From NCBI RefSeq assembly GCF_009914755.1, contig NC_060931.1: 64,000 bases of DNA; one strand, written 5' to 3'. Position 1 is the stretch's first letter, and each line of letters begins with the position of its first letter. The translations under genes and the position numbers were made by a program. The notes below the pieces were generated by a model. The model was not told the origin of the DNA, made no database searches, and saw only the letters and a list, made by a program, of their open reading frames with translations. This DNA is from the human T2T-CHM13v2.0 reference genome, Homo sapiens. Of the stretch, positions 39,435 through 54,880 are shown in pieces.

Positions 39435-40848
39435 TTTTATCCTGGGCTGGGGTCAGAGCGACGCTGTCTGGGTGCTGTGAATGGTCCTTTGTTGCTGCAT
39501 GAGGCCTCCTCTTTCCTTCAACTCCAAGCTCAGGGGTGCTTCCTCAGGGAAGTGTTTTCTGTTTCCAAAGGCACTGAGGAGCCCCCTCTCAGCATTGCTT
39601 TTATCCCATCTCTGTCCCTCACAATGCCTGGCACATAGTTGGTGCCTAACAAATGCTGACTGAAGGCTAATTCCAACCTCTAAGCTCTGCCTGGTGCTTT
39701 CTTCCTGTGGTTCTTCTCTTGGCCTTCACAGTTCCATACAGATCTAAATTCTCTTGCCCATGTGACCCACTCCCTTTCCTGAAAGCTTGCTGTGTTTTCA
39801 GTTTGTGTCAATTTGCCATGCACTGTTCCAGTTGTTGAAGATGGACTGTTTTTGTATCCTTTCTTATCCTGTAGAGCAGACACCATGCCATGTACTTAAT
39901 GCACACTTATTAATTATTAGGTGTATGCGTGAATTTGGAAAAAAGACAAAAAAAATCTTTCATTTAAAAAGACACTGTTTTAAACTAGGCACAGTACACT
40001 TTGATCGTTTTCCCAAAACCGCGTTGGACACCATTTTTCCATGATGATCATTTGATTTAAACCGACCAGTGTGTGGCTGAGCTCTGTGAACTGGGGCATC
40101 AGGGGATCAGGGCTGCACCACCAGGGCTGGAGATGGAGCTGGGGATAGAGACTGTATTAGCTGGAAGTACATGGAGCACATGCTAAGACGATTAACACAC
40201 AAGATAACACATTTTAAAAACTAATTTTTTCCCATATAAAATGGTTTAAAATTCTTACTTCTGGAGGAGATTTGATGGACAAGAAATGAGTTGTACGAGT
40301 TGAACGTTGCTCGAGGCAACCGTAAGTCCTAGCGTATTTAATCTTTCAAGCAACACCTAAGGACTGGCAGCTGGGTTCCTGTGGGGAGGATAAAGATTGC
40401 TTTATTCTTTAAGATCCAGTGTAAAGAAATAGCCCAGATAGCAATAGTGGATTTCTTTCTGGGATGGGGTTGTGGGTGATTTCTTTTCCCTTCTTTTAGT
40501 CTTTCTGCATCTTTTGTATTTCTTTAATGAGTGTGAATATTTAGCAAAAAAGAGAAATTTTACTAAAAAGAGTGGGAAACTGCTCCCTTCTAGTGGTAAA
40601 GGGGAAAGCAGTTTCATGCTTTAGGCGTGAGGTTTCAGGACTGTAGTCTAATTATTTCTTCCAGTGGAGTAGAATGTCTGAAAGGATTTGGAGTAACAGG
40701 GCTGATGAAGTGGCAAGGAAGGTGAGTAGCTATCTAGGCAAGTATGTGAACACAGCCTGGAAGGGCTTGTAGTACCAAGCTGCTCTTAAAGCTCAGGTAC
40801 CAAGACCCAGAGGTACATAATCAATTCGACATCAAAAATAGGAATTCA

Positions 40849-41295
<447 letters not shown>

Positions 41296-43007
41296 GAGAT
41301 TTCAGATAGAGAGTGAGTTAGTGTTCTGATCAAGTCTCATTCTAAGACCAGTTTAAATTGAAATGTGATTGGTGATTATTAAGATTTAAGACTATCACAG
41401 ATTATTAAGACTTAAGTTTACCACTATGCCTGGAAGTTCCTTTCCCAGAGAGTTTCTTCTACATGTAAGAACTGGACTCTAATTCTAGACCCACATCTAC
41501 TCCAGACTATATTTAGAAGGCACCATTGGGATGGAATATGGGAGCCAAGATGAGAAATCTGAAGAGGAAGAAGCCATGTAGGTATTCCCTGGCACAATGG
41601 GAGGTGAGCTCCGGAAAAGGCATCCCGCCTCCAGCATGTGGGGACTGAAGATCAATTTGCCCACCATTTCCCAACTTCGGTTCCTAAAAGTGTTTAGGAA
41701 ATTAAGTCTAAATCAAGCCCTTCTTGGAGATTCATAGAATATCAAAGGCCCTGAAAGGTTCTTTAATAAAGAAACCTGTTCAGCTTCATTTAACCCAGTG
41801 TTTTCGCAGCGTCTTTGCTAAAGTACTGCTGCATATGGCCGTGGTGGGTTGGGCAACTAGACCCGCTGAGATGGTCCCTTGAAAACGGCGGTCGGATGCA
41901 TTGGTAGCTGCACAACCAGTGGAAATGGAGGGGCCACAAAACGGAGGAATAAGACATTCAAATTGCCCCTTTGCAAGCTCTGAGGTTCCAGGGTTGACGT
42001 ATTGTTTCCTTCAGGGCACAGAAAATATGGAGTCTAGCGAACAGAAGCAGGGCCCATGCGTAGGGGTGGTCCAGGTTTACACCAAAGAAAATGAATACTA
42101 CTCACAGCTGTCTGGCAAGGTGGCAAGAGAGCGCCTCGGAGGTCGTGAGTGTCCCTCACCATCCATAGGAATGCCACAAAAGCCCTTGCTGCCAGGCATG
42201 AGCAGCTGGTACAGAAGGCCACCGAGTGCCTTCCCGATCTGGACTCCGTGACTTCTATGCCCACTGGCGCTCTTGCATGGGTCAGTCTGTGCTGCCGCTC
42301 AGGAAAAGCAAGTCAGGTGCCATACCAGCGACCCAATGGCGGCTGCTGCTTCTTCTGCCTGGGCACCTCATCATCCCCAGCAGTAGTTCCTAGGTGTGAG
42401 CGTGGCAAGGAGCCCAGAAATACAGAAGGAGCGTTTAGGGGCCTCACGGTAGCTTCATGCCTGACTCTTTTCTCTCCTCTTCCGGCCTGGCCTCTAGGCC
42501 TTTCTGGATCGCCAGCCAGTCAGACTCTACTTCGAGAAGCAGAAGGTCTTGGGCTGGGTCTTGAAATGCAGGGAAGAATTGACTTGGCAGAGGAGAGGAA
42601 AGAGAAAATTTCAGGTGGGGAAGTACCCCAGGCAAAGACAACATTAGTGTTTGTAACATTTGCTGGAACAAAACATTAGGAGTGTGAATAATGGACACAG
42701 TTTAGAAATACATTTTAAAGGCATGGATAATTTTCAGTGCCTCCAAGCATCTAGAGAGGGATACATCTATTTCCCTTTTTTTTTTTTTATCTTTTTGTAT
42801 TTTTGTCTAGGATATGATGGGTACTTCGATTTAATAACTCAGTGATGAGCTTGGAGATAAAATTGAGCCTGCTGTGAAAACTAGGTCTGTGGCTTCCTTG
42901 AGGACCATTTCTACAGAATATTATTTTTTTGTTTTCTCTCTCTTAAATGGTTATACACAATATCCCTATCCTTCTCCTCACTTTATTGATTTTCCAGAAT
43001 GAGAGTA

Positions 43008-43490
43008 CGAGGTATGACTATAAAGTAACGTGACTGATTATTTTAGCATACACTCCAATACTTATACAGCCAAATGAATTTTATGACCTTCGGAGGCATT
43101 TTCCTGATAGGCTAAACCCTTACTGCAGATATGCCACTATCAGAAAACACATTCTTAGCACTTTTTGTGGGAATGGCACTTGGTGCTTAGATGTGGTCCT
43201 TTGAAAGCCCTCAACGCAACACATCTTTGTGGAGAATAGATTGATTTTTTTTAAAAAACAGTCCATATTTTGGCAAATAGATGATTAAACAGAGTAATAT
43301 TATTTGCAATTTTAAAAATGTGATTATAAAACAATACACAGCTTGCAGAAGAGGTGTATGAACCAGTTCTGGAAGCCTGGGAATTTTGCTGAGGGGCCAC
43401 GCTCACTGGCATACGAGTTGGTTTTTGGTTTTGGTTTTGTTTTTTAAAGAAAACAATAGCAACAGTCTTAATATTTATGGTCATACCTTC
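43008..43490. mobile_element. Mariner-type non-autonomous element (MARNA-like)
   Basis: TA then cgaggtatgactataaagtaacgtgactg at left; imperfect inverted copy cagtcttaatatttatggtcataccttc at right. Confidence 0.65.
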
Positions 43491-44379
43491 TCTCGTCTAG
43501 TAAGGAATTCAGGCTTCTGGTAGCATCTGTTTTGGGGGCAGAGATGAAAGAAGAATCTTATTTGTTGTATAAACAAAGCAAAACATCAGATTGATGTGTG
43601 TCCATTACTGAGCTGCGTGAGTGGGTGCTCAGCGATGCCTTCCCGGGAAGGAAGTGACTCTCCCAGAAATAAAATGATTGAATGAACTCTTCCCCTAACC
43701 CTAGTGCCATAATAACAACAAACCTAACAACTATCGCTTGCCACTGAAGGGAAGTACGCTGTCTATGGGAACCCTGGTAGCCTTATATGGACTTGTTTTT
43801 TGGTTGCCGGAATAACATGCATCTGGACATGGGAATGAGACTGGCGAGAAAGGGAGGGGGCAGATGTTCACACTGGTATTCATTGGTGCTTCAATTACTA
43901 AGAGCCACATCTTTCCTGGTTTACCAGAAATAGGTGCTGTTGCACAACTTCCTGGTGGATAGGGTAGGGGGGTGTTAGCTGATAGGGGAGTTCCCTGGAG
44001 CCCTCGGCTCTCTCTGTTGCTTTCAGCCTCAGCCCTCAGTGCAGAGTTTGGCCCTGGCCCGCGCTGTGGGGCCCTCCTAAACCTCCCCTATGTCCTTGCA
44101 AAGGTGTGCTTCTTAGGTTTCGCTTGAGCAGTCAGCCAGTTCCTCAACACAATCTCAGAAAGAGGCCGGCCCCTTTTTTCCCCTCGAAGATATCTAGAAA
44201 AAACTGTGTCAGAGATGATCTGAAAGCAAAGCCAAGCTCTACCAATAGTGGCTTCCACCAATGCCTTGTTTCCCTGAGCACTGCACACAGACCCCCTGGG
44301 AGAGCCAGCGCCATACCCCGAAACCAGCAGCTGCCTCCACATTCTGATCTGAAAGGTGCCCTAAAGTCCTCGCATGTGC

Positions 44380-45060
<681 letters not shown>

Positions 45061-47106
45061 ATGCCTCTGGTAACCGAGATAGCAGCACTGTTTCCAAATG
45101 ATTACTGTGACAATGTGTGTGTGTGTGTGCATGCCTGTGTATGGAAGAGGGTAGAATCAGTCTCCCCCTAATTGCACACTAGTGGTAGTGTGTTCTTAGC
45201 ACCTGGCAGAATGCCTTGCACAAGGCTTATTGAAAAGGGAAATAAATCTTGATTCATGCAATCGTCGAATGCTGAAGGTTTTCTAGGCTGTGAGCTGGTT
45301 CTACCTCATTGGTGTGCTATGGATAACATTCCCATGAATTCAGATAGATAGAGGAATTGCCCCATTTGAAATTGAAGAGCAAGACTGCAAAAGGAGGGGA
45401 TGATGGAATGCAGGACCCAGCCACTTAGAATACGTGGTACATGGGGGTATATAGAGCACTCAAAGTCTGAGTGGGGTATCCTGACACCAGACTAGGGGAC
45501 AGGAGGCATCCAACCCCCAGCAGAGGCATTGAAGAACAGACACTTTCTCCTTCACTGTTCTATTGAGCACAAATCCCCACAGTTTGAAGCAATGGTATCT
45601 CAACTCTTCCCTACCATCCACTGTTGATGTGATTTTTCCCCATAGATCCTATGTTCTGTTGTCCCAGCAACAATGTATATTTAAGTAATGATTGATTAAT
45701 TTTCCCATTTTAATTATTCAAAGGCAAGCTAATTGGAAAACTCTGCCAGTTGAGAATAGCTGATCAATGAGATAACCAGCATTAGTGTACCAAATTATAA
45801 TTCCACTCCAAAGCAAAGAAACTCGACATTTTCCTTAACCTGCACCACCATCGCGTTGTCAATAAATGCACGATTTACATTAGGCTCTTTGAAATATTGA
45901 AAATATCTCATGTACCCTCTTCCTACCTTCACAAATCAGTAGGCACCTGGGAACCCCAGGCTGTAAAGCAGTGAAGAGGGAGTGTAGTCAGTTGTACATT
46001 TAAGGATTTTAACTCCATCCGTACACAGAGAGTGACCAAAATTGGTAGCATCATCTCATGATCTAAGAGCGTACCTAAGGAGATAATTGGGAGGTTCTCA
46101 GGAGAAGTGTGGCATTGTGGAAATCAGCCAGGCCTTTACAGTGTAGGGACAGACACATCTCTTTCCCTGGGTGTCCTTGGGCCAGCCACTCCCTCCTTGC
46201 TCATTTCCTCATTGGTGAGAGAGGGCTGGGACACCTGCCTCTCAGCATTGGCACATTTTCCCCCAGCCCCCCAGGCTATGCTGGGAATCAGCCTCACATC
46301 TTTCTTGGCTCTCACCCTAATGTTAACCCTCCACAGTCTGGCCAGTCTTGACTCCCAAGTGTTCCTCTCTCTATCTGCTTTGCTTCTGCTGCAGTTGAGG
46401 ACTTCAAAATCACTCCTTGGCTGGAAATAGCCTTCCCACGGGTCTCCCTGCCTTCTATCTTGTGCTCCCCTAATTTGTCCTGCAACTGCAGCCACCGGCT
46501 CACTGCTCCTCTGCATAAAACCCTTTCCTGGTCCTCCTGTCTAAGGAAGTGAGTGTTCCTGGCCTGGCTCCTGAAGCCCCCTCTGACCTGGTCCCCTGCC
46601 CCTCTGCAGGTTTAACTCCCCTCGCTTCTCACCTGGTGCCTGGCTCCCAGGTGCTCACAGCTCCTCCCACACACCATGCAGTTCAGTGCCAATTTCTTTC
46701 CTTCTACTTGCATGTCCTTCCCCCTTCATTTGGGTGAGAACTTCTCCAGGAGCCTCTTCTGCATCTCCTAGGTTCTTGCCCCAATGTACCTGGTACCTTC
46801 CCTCTCTCTCATCACTTACCTGGCTCCCCAAGGGCAGGATTGGTCCTTCCTCAGCTTTAGCTGAGCACTCAGCATTGTGCCAGGGGCACTCAACACACTT
46901 CTGTTGAGTAATAGGCACGCAGTTACTTGTTGAACCAAACTGCGTTAGAAGAGATGATCTATAGGATTTTGTGTGGCATATGCATTGTTCTTTGCCGCTA
47001 TGGGTATCATCATAGAGAATTTCCATTAATTTCTGGCCGTGTGCCACTGCAACCAGCTTTCACCCTGACTTGTCATATAACAAAATATCATTAAATTGAA
47101 CTCTAG

Positions 47107-47325
47107 TTTTTTTTTTTTTTTTTTAGACAGGGTCTTACTCTGTTGCCCAGGCTGGAGTACAGTGGCACAATCACAGCTCACTGCAGCCTCAACCTCCCCA
47201 GGCTCGGGGAATTCTCCCACCCCAGCCCCATGAGTAGCTGGGACTACAAGCGAGCACTACCACCCCAGGCTATTTTTTGTATTTTTTTGTAGAGACGGGG
47301 TTTCTCCATGTTGCCCAGGCTGGGA
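47107..47325 (-). mobile_element. Truncated AluJ
   Basis: Alu consensus. Confidence 0.88.
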
Positions 47326-47574
47326 ACTCTGGATCTTAATAAAATATTTTTTTCTTTAGAAGTCAGGCTAGGCTGGGCTGTGGGTTGAAGTTCATCTCTG
47401 TGCTATTTATGAAGGAAGGGATTGCTAACCAAAATCATTGTGCAAAGGTGACAGCTCAACCAATTTAGGAAAATAAACTACTCCCGAGCACTTCGGCAGC
47501 TTGCTAGTTTATCAACGATCCCTTGAAAACGCACTAAAAACACTTCACTCTTTCTGCCTTTCCACACTTTCTAT

Positions 47575-47815
47575 AATGGCCCAGGGCTTAGGCTTTGGAA
47601 TCAGATCTCCTGGATTCAAACTCTGGCTAGCCTTGTGACCTTAAGCAATAGATGTCAGGTCTCCGTGTCTCAGTTTCCCCATGTGTAAAATAGGGATACT
47701 AATAGTACCTACCTCTTAGCATGTTGGGAGGATTACATGAGTAAGAACATAAGGTGGACTTAGAGCAGTGCATGGCACAGCTCAGGGTCAATAAACATTA
47801 GCTCTTAGTGTTATC
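47575..47815 (+). mobile_element. MIR
   Basis: gtctcagtttccccatgtgtaaaatagggatactaatagtacctacctc. Confidence 0.88.
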
Positions 47816-48799
47816 TGATAACTGCACGCTTATATTCAACAAAAACTGCATAGACGCTGGGCAGCTAGATCTTGGTTTTTATTTTGTTTATCTAGTTATT
47901 TTGTAAACCTCATTCTGAATTCTCACCTGATCCCCAGGAATGCACTGCAGTGAAAAGTGAGGAGAGGCGTACTTCAAACAAGTGACCTCATTTTGAATAA
48001 TCCTGGACTTATACCACTAGGTAGCTTTTGACCTTGAACAAGTAAAATTAGGTTTTAAAAATGCGTATCAGACTTAGTAAGCTGAAGTGTCTTCGGGGGT
48101 GTTGGGGATGGTCACCAATGGTGTGGTGGGGACAGAGCCATAGTGCGGCAGGTTTAGAAATGATGGGGAAGGAGGGCAGATGAAAAGAAGACTGTGGGCT
48201 TTTCTTTGAAGAAGGTCAGAGATGTCAGCCACCTCTCTGGGCTTGATCACTTTTCCATACGGTCAAGCGGAGATAGTCATTCTCTCCCTGTCTCCTTGAA
48301 AGGGAGTATGAGGGTTTGTGAGCAATAACCCTTACACCAACATATATTGCTATTAGTCCATTGATGGCATCTGTTTACCTCTCAGTTGTAGGTGCTTCAA
48401 AATTAAAGAAAATCTATTTCTTGAAAAGTGCACAATAAATCAAGCTTTAAACTCAATTTGTTTTCCAGAAATTTTTCAAATTTTCCCATGACAAAATTTA
48501 CATTTATTTTCTGATTTTAACAGTAAGAGTACCATTCTAATTTTCATCTGGTCTTTGCTTCATTGGTTGACATTTGCCTTGCCCTTGGACTTGAGAACTT
48601 GAAGTATCAATGAGGCATAGCACATCAGTAAATAAGCCCCGCTAAGCCATACTCTATTCTCGCCTGTTGACCAGATCTTTTGTTTCCTGCTCACTCTCAT
48701 CCAAGCCCTTACCCACATCATTTTCAATGATGGTGTCACTGCAAATGTTTCTTTGCAGGTTCAATTCTCTCCTATCATAAAACAAACAACTGAGCCAGC

Positions 48800-48852
48800 C
48801 AACTAACCAACCAACCAACCAACCAACCAATCAACCAACCAACTCACTAACC
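48800..48852. repeat. (AACC)n microsatellite
   Basis: Direct inspection. Confidence 0.9.
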
Positions 48853-49096
48853 GCCTCTTCTTTGACTCCACCCCAGGCACCACTCCACTTATCCTTCTCT
48901 TCCCAGCCTAGTGACTTGAAAGAGGACTTTGTATTTGCTCACTTTCTCACCTCCTATTTACCCCCGACCCCTGCAATAAGGTCTCTGTTCCATTCTCTAC
49001 TGAAACGGCTTTCTTCAAGGCCACCATTAAGTCTCTAGTACCTAAACTGAATTAACAGTTTCTAATCCTTCTCTTTCTTTGGCACTTTGCAATATT

Positions 49097-49579
<483 letters not shown>

Positions 49580-49719
49580 TGATTCTGTTAATTTTGGGTA
49601 TATGTCAAAGCTGTCAGTTACGTAGGGGTAGAAAAAAAGTTGTGCATCATTGATTATAATGCCAGGGCCCCATTTTACAGATGTGAATATGGAGGTCCAG
49701 AGAAGTTATGTGATCTGAT

Positions 49720-50185
49720 GTGTATTAGTCAGCTACTGTTGCAATAATGCTGTGTAACAAACCACCCCAAGCTCATTGGCAAATGACAATGTTTATTTTT
49801 CTCATGGTCTGTATGTTCACTGGAGTAGCTCTGTTCCAGTCTGACAGTGGGGTTTAGATCTGCTCCACATGTTTGTAATGGGACCCAGGCTGAAGAGAAT
49901 ATTAGGGAAGTGCTGCTCCTGACAGGTCACAGGGATGCAAGAAATGTAAAATGAAACAGTAATATCTCTTGAGGCCTCAACCTGGAAGCTGCTAAGATAA
50001 TTTCTGCCCACATTCTATTGGCTAAGCAATCCACATGCCCAAGGTTAACATTAATGGGGCAGGGAAGAAGACTCTGTCCACTGTAGCGGGAGGCACTGCA
50101 CAGTCATGGAGCAAGGGGCATTGATGTAGAATTTTGATACAGATGGGGCATGAAGCATCAGGAGCAGTGATTCACTCTACCTCAT
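49720..50185 (-). mobile_element. Old MLT1 LTR
   Basis: tgtattagtcagctactgttgcaataatgctgtgtaacaaaccacccca... Confidence 0.75.
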
Positions 50186-50367
50186 GCTCCAAGATTACAC
50201 AGCTGGATTCTGATCTTTGGCAAAATAGAATCTAGGGGCCACAAGTCACAAGACAAAATAAAACCATAACAAAAAAATAAATAAATGAACAAAAACTTAA
50301 CGTGAATGGACATATTAACTTTTATTGTAAGTGAAAACAGTGACTCTCTGGGGGAAAAAAAACAACA

Positions 50368-50715
50368 GGCCAGGCATGATGGCTTACACCTATAATTCTT
50401 TTGGGAGGCTCACTTTGGGAGGCTGAGGTAGGAGGATCACTTGAGCACAGGAATTCTCGAGACCAGCCTGGGCAATATAGGAAGTCTCCGTCTCTACAGA
50501 AAATACAACAATTAGCCAGGTGCGGTGACATGCATCTGTGGTCCCAGCTACTCAAGAGGCTGGGGTGAGAGGATCAGTTGAGCCCAGGATGTGGATGTTG
50601 TAGTGAGCCAAGATCGCACCACTGCACTTCCAACAGCAAAGACCCTGTTCCCCCAAAAAAAACACAAAAAACAAAAAACAACAAAAAAAAAACAACCCAC
50701 CAAAAAACAGAAACA
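50368..50715 (+). mobile_element. AluJ
   Basis: Alu consensus. Confidence 0.88.
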
Positions 50716-51830
50716 ACAGATAGTGATGCAGAATTTTCCCACTGAGACACTGACATGGTGGGTCATGGTGATCTTGCTTATGAAGTGATAACCTAGCTTC
50801 AAGAGTGTTGAAGCAGGGTCCAGAGCTCAGTGTAGGGGCCAGGTTGGTCCTGGGCCGAACCTGGGGACGTACCTAGGAATTTCTAGCCAAATAAGCAATA
50901 GAGGGAAGGGTCTGACTGATGACGGAGCATGAGCACACTCTAGGAAGGGCAAAGAATTGATCTGGGGGATGGGATGGGGCGGGGCCCTAAGATTTCAACT
51001 CCACCCTGGAAAAGCAGGACTTAGGGGAGGCATGTCTGAAGTTCAGAAGACCAGGGGAAACCTGAATGCAGAAAGCGCAGCTTGTTCACCATGTCCTGAA
51101 ATACAGCAACCAGGGGACACTCTTGTAGATTGTGAGCTGTATTGCTTAGGACAAATTCATTGTTCTATGCTGGGCAGTAAATTTATGGATGTTGTTATGC
51201 CAAGAAAGGAATATGGCTGAAAACATAAATTGCTCCAGAATTGTTTTAAATATTCTCATGGGTGCTGGAAGTCCTCTGGGTTATTAAGGAAAAAATTTGT
51301 TTATTTCTTGCCCTTCCGGAAACCACCCTTTGGTGCTGGCTAGTGGCTGTCAGAAGAAAGGGTGTATCCATGTATCACAAGGGCTATTACACATCGTGAA
51401 TTTAACTTGAGTTCTCAAAGATAAAAAGAGACACTTGTCTTGCCTCCACGCTCCTTCTCGTCCTGCACATTTGTCCACTCACCTCCAGTAAGTTGCTCTG
51501 GAATCTGAACAGGGAGGTTTCTTGCAATCCAGAATCAGCCACAAAATCCCATTTCCTTTTTTCCTATAAAAAAGATGTGCTGACTGAAACAACTAAAATA
51601 TAGACTAGTTAGTGTAATAACAATAAGTAGCAAAAACAAAATAGAAAAACAAAGCACAACATGAAAAAAGAAGTTTTTGAATTAGTGTCTTCTTTCATCA
51701 AGGTCAGTTTCTCTCCATCTCACATCCTCTGTGACCCTAGGGTGGTGTGGAAGATCCTTCCCCACCCACACCCACACATGGGGTATTATTTGGGCCTTTT
51801 CCAGGGACTTCTGTCAGTTCTGATGGTCTT

Positions 51831-52309
51831 TGCACTGGGCTGAGTAGTGTCCCCTCGCCCCCAAATTCATGTCCATTAAAACCTCTGAATGTGACCTGAT
51901 TTGGAAATAGGGTCTTTACAGCGGTAATCAAGTTAAGATGAGGTCCTACTGGATGACGGTGGTCCCTAATCCAGTGACTGGCATCCTTATAAGAAGAGTG
52001 AAATTTGGATGCTGAGATGGACAGAGGGAGGACGACATGTAGATATAGTCACACAGGCGAGAACACTGTGATGACCAAGGCGGAGATTAGAGGGATGCAT
52101 CTACAAGCCAAAGACCATGGATTGCCAGCAACTACCAGGAGATGGACAGAGGCAAGGAAGGAGCTCCCTTCGTGTCTTCAGAGGGAGCATGGCCCTGCTG
52201 ATGTCTTGACCTCAGAATTCTGAACTCCAGAATGATGAGAGGATAATTTCTGTTGTTTTAAGCCACCCGGTTTGTGGCAATTTGTTAGAGAAGCCCTGGG
52301 TAACTAGTC
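51831..52309 (+). mobile_element. MLT1C-like MaLR LTR
   Basis: aatgtgacctgatttggaaatagggtctttac...gttttaagccacccggtttgtggcaatttgtt. Confidence 0.85.
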
Positions 52310-52374
52310 TGGTCTCCTTGCTCCCGTTGGTCTTACTGAGCCAAAGCATCCCATTGGCCTTACTGAGCCAAAGC

Positions 52375-53920
52375 ATCCCATTGCATCATGTTTGTTACTG
52401 TAACCCTCAAATCTTTTTCTTGACCTAACTCTTAGCAAGTTTAGCCACTGGCCTTTGATCATCTCTTAGCTGCAATAATCTTCACTTGACAGACAAGCCA
52501 GAGGCCTGGCTGGAGGCTCAGGCCCTTCATTCAGACAGCTCAGGAGGCCTGGACTGTGGCTGGGCCAGTTCCTGTGGCCGGGCTCTAAGTCTCAGTTTCC
52601 CCATCTGTATAATGCACACAACAGGGATGTTGGTAGAGATTACAGGACATGATGTTTATAAAGTGTGTTTATAATTTTATTTTGTGGGTCAGTACAATGC
52701 CTGACCCATAGCAAGTGCTTAATAATAAATGTTAGCTATTATTAAACATACAGTTTTCTGAAATCTTTAAATCCATTTTTATCCACCCCAGGGTGAAGTT
52801 TCCCTGATTTTTCTTTTCCAGTAAAAGCATGGCAGATCCTATCTACTCTCTTAGTGATGCACAATGACATCTGGGCTAGTGCCTGACACAGAGTAGGCAC
52901 TAAATATATTTTTATGGAATAAAGAATGGAACAACTACATTGTTTCAATATCTAATCAAAGGAGGAAATAGCTTACAGATTTTATGAGGCTTAGTAACCA
53001 GCTTGATACACTCAAGGTGAAACTTTGGAAAAGGATGTAATTTCACCACATTTGTTCACAATAGGGCACAGGTGATGTGGTAGACAGCCTCCAAGAGGGC
53101 CCTCTGGATCCTTGCCCTGGAATTCACACCCTTGCATAGCTCCCTCCCCCATTGTACCAGGGTCAGTTAGCATGACCAGTGGAATACAGCAGAGGTGATG
53201 GTGTTATCACTTCCAAGATTAGATTATTGGAGACTGGGGTTTCCATCTTGGGCTCGCTCTCTCCCTTGGATTGCTTACTTTGGGGAAGTCAGCAGCCATG
53301 TTGAGCAGCCCTATAGGGAGAGGCTCATATGGCAAAGCCAGCTACAGCTCCATAAGCAAGCATGGACACCATTCTCCAGCTTGACCCTGAACCCAAAGCA
53401 CCTAGCTGATCTGCTCGCAGACTCCTGACCCTCAGAATCTGTGAGATAATGAATGTTTGTTGTCTTCAGTCACTTAGGTCTGGGGGCAATTTGTGACACA
53501 GCAGTAGATAACTAATATAGGTGCTGAGATAGGAATGGCTGGGACCAGGCAGGGTCAGGACTGAGGACTCTAATAATGGAAGGGATTATAAGTTGCAGGG
53601 AGCAGGCAAGAGGCCAAACCCAGAAAAGTGGTCTGTTCGGAAGGTCAGGCAGGTTCTGTGGGTCTCCACCTGTGGCTGTGTTCCAGAACCCAGAGAGGTG
53701 AGAGCCAGAAGCAAACACACTGAGGAACAACGGGCACTGAGATTCAGGGCTCTTGGACTAGAACTCTTGCCTTTTGACTTTGTCCTGTACAATTTCCAGC
53801 TAGACCCACAATTGATCATTATAGCTAAGAGATGATCAAAGGTCAGTGGCTAAACTTGCTAAGAATTAGGTCAAGACAAAGATCTGGGGGATTACAGGAA
53901 CAAACATGATGCAAGGGGAT
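52375..53920. repeat. Inverted repeat with ~106-bp arms (52375-52480 and 53814-53920)
   Basis: ttgcatcatgtttgtt..cttgacctaa.tcttagcaagtttagccactg.cctttgatcatctcttagct matches the reverse complement of 53814-53920. Confidence 0.93.
53076..53519 (+). mobile_element. MLT1E/F-like MaLR LTR
   Basis: tgtggtagacagcctccaaga...gcagtagataactaatata. Confidence 0.8.
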
Positions 53921-54215
53921 TATAAATATTTTTTTGAAACTCTTAACAATATTCTTTTGTTACTTTGAGTTACCCAAGCTCTTTAAACTGTCTGCCAAGC
54001 TCAAAGGCAAAATTGGTATTTCCCAGGCCTTTTGGACGGGTCATAGTGCAATAGAAAGGTGGAAATATTGCCTGGGTTTATGAAGACATAACTTCTTATC
54101 CAATTGGCAAACATTTTTTAAATGCCTACTCGGCTGGGTACAAAAGAACCTAGAATTATTCTGAGCACCCACTACCAGTACTCAATGCCCCTGTGTACCA
54201 ACCTTGGCTACTCCA

Positions 54216-54217
<2 letters not shown>

Positions 54218-54252
<35 letters not shown>
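54218..54252. repeat. (CA)n microsatellite
   Basis: Direct inspection. Confidence 0.97.
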
Positions 54253-54255
<3 letters not shown>

Positions 54256-54614
54256 GGCCAAAGAAGCAACCTGTCTGCTCTGCACAAGCCAGGTCTTCAC
54301 TTTACTGAAGCCCCAGCTGACCCCTCTGGGCTCAAACTTTACTGAAGTGAAGACCTGGTCTGTGCAGAGGAGATAATGACAGATTTATCTGTCCTTATTT
54401 CAAGTCTTGAAGCCCTGTTGACTTAGTGGCTAATCTGATCAACTGATTTGAACCCTGGGGATAGCGTCCTGTAAGATGGCATCTGCCTTTTCACAGGGGA
54501 CTCAGAGCCCTCAACCCACAGACTTGAACAAACAGGGGCTTTTCGCATCCCCCGTCTTACAGATAGGTTGGATTCTGGGCAACTGGCTGCTCTGCAAATG
54601 TAAAGTGAGAAACA

Positions 54615-54880
54615 GTAGGGCCTGGTAATGGTGAGCACAGACTCCAGAGCCAGACAGCCTGGGTTCGAATCTCAGCTGTGCTACTCACTAGCAGTGTGAC
54701 CTTGGGCCAGTTACTTAATCTCTCTGAGCCTCAGTGTTCCCATCTGCAAAACGGAGATAATAATAACAGCATGTTCCACACAGAATTTGGGGAGGAGTAA
54801 ATGAGCTCATGTGTGGGAAGCACTCAGCCGGGCTCCTGGCTCACAGGAAGCATCCTGTAACTGTTTCCTTTTATTACGCA
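54615..54880 (+). mobile_element. MIR, near full length
   Basis: gggttcgaatctcagctgtgctactcactagcagtgtgaccttgggccagttacttaatctctctgagcctcagt. Confidence 0.9.
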
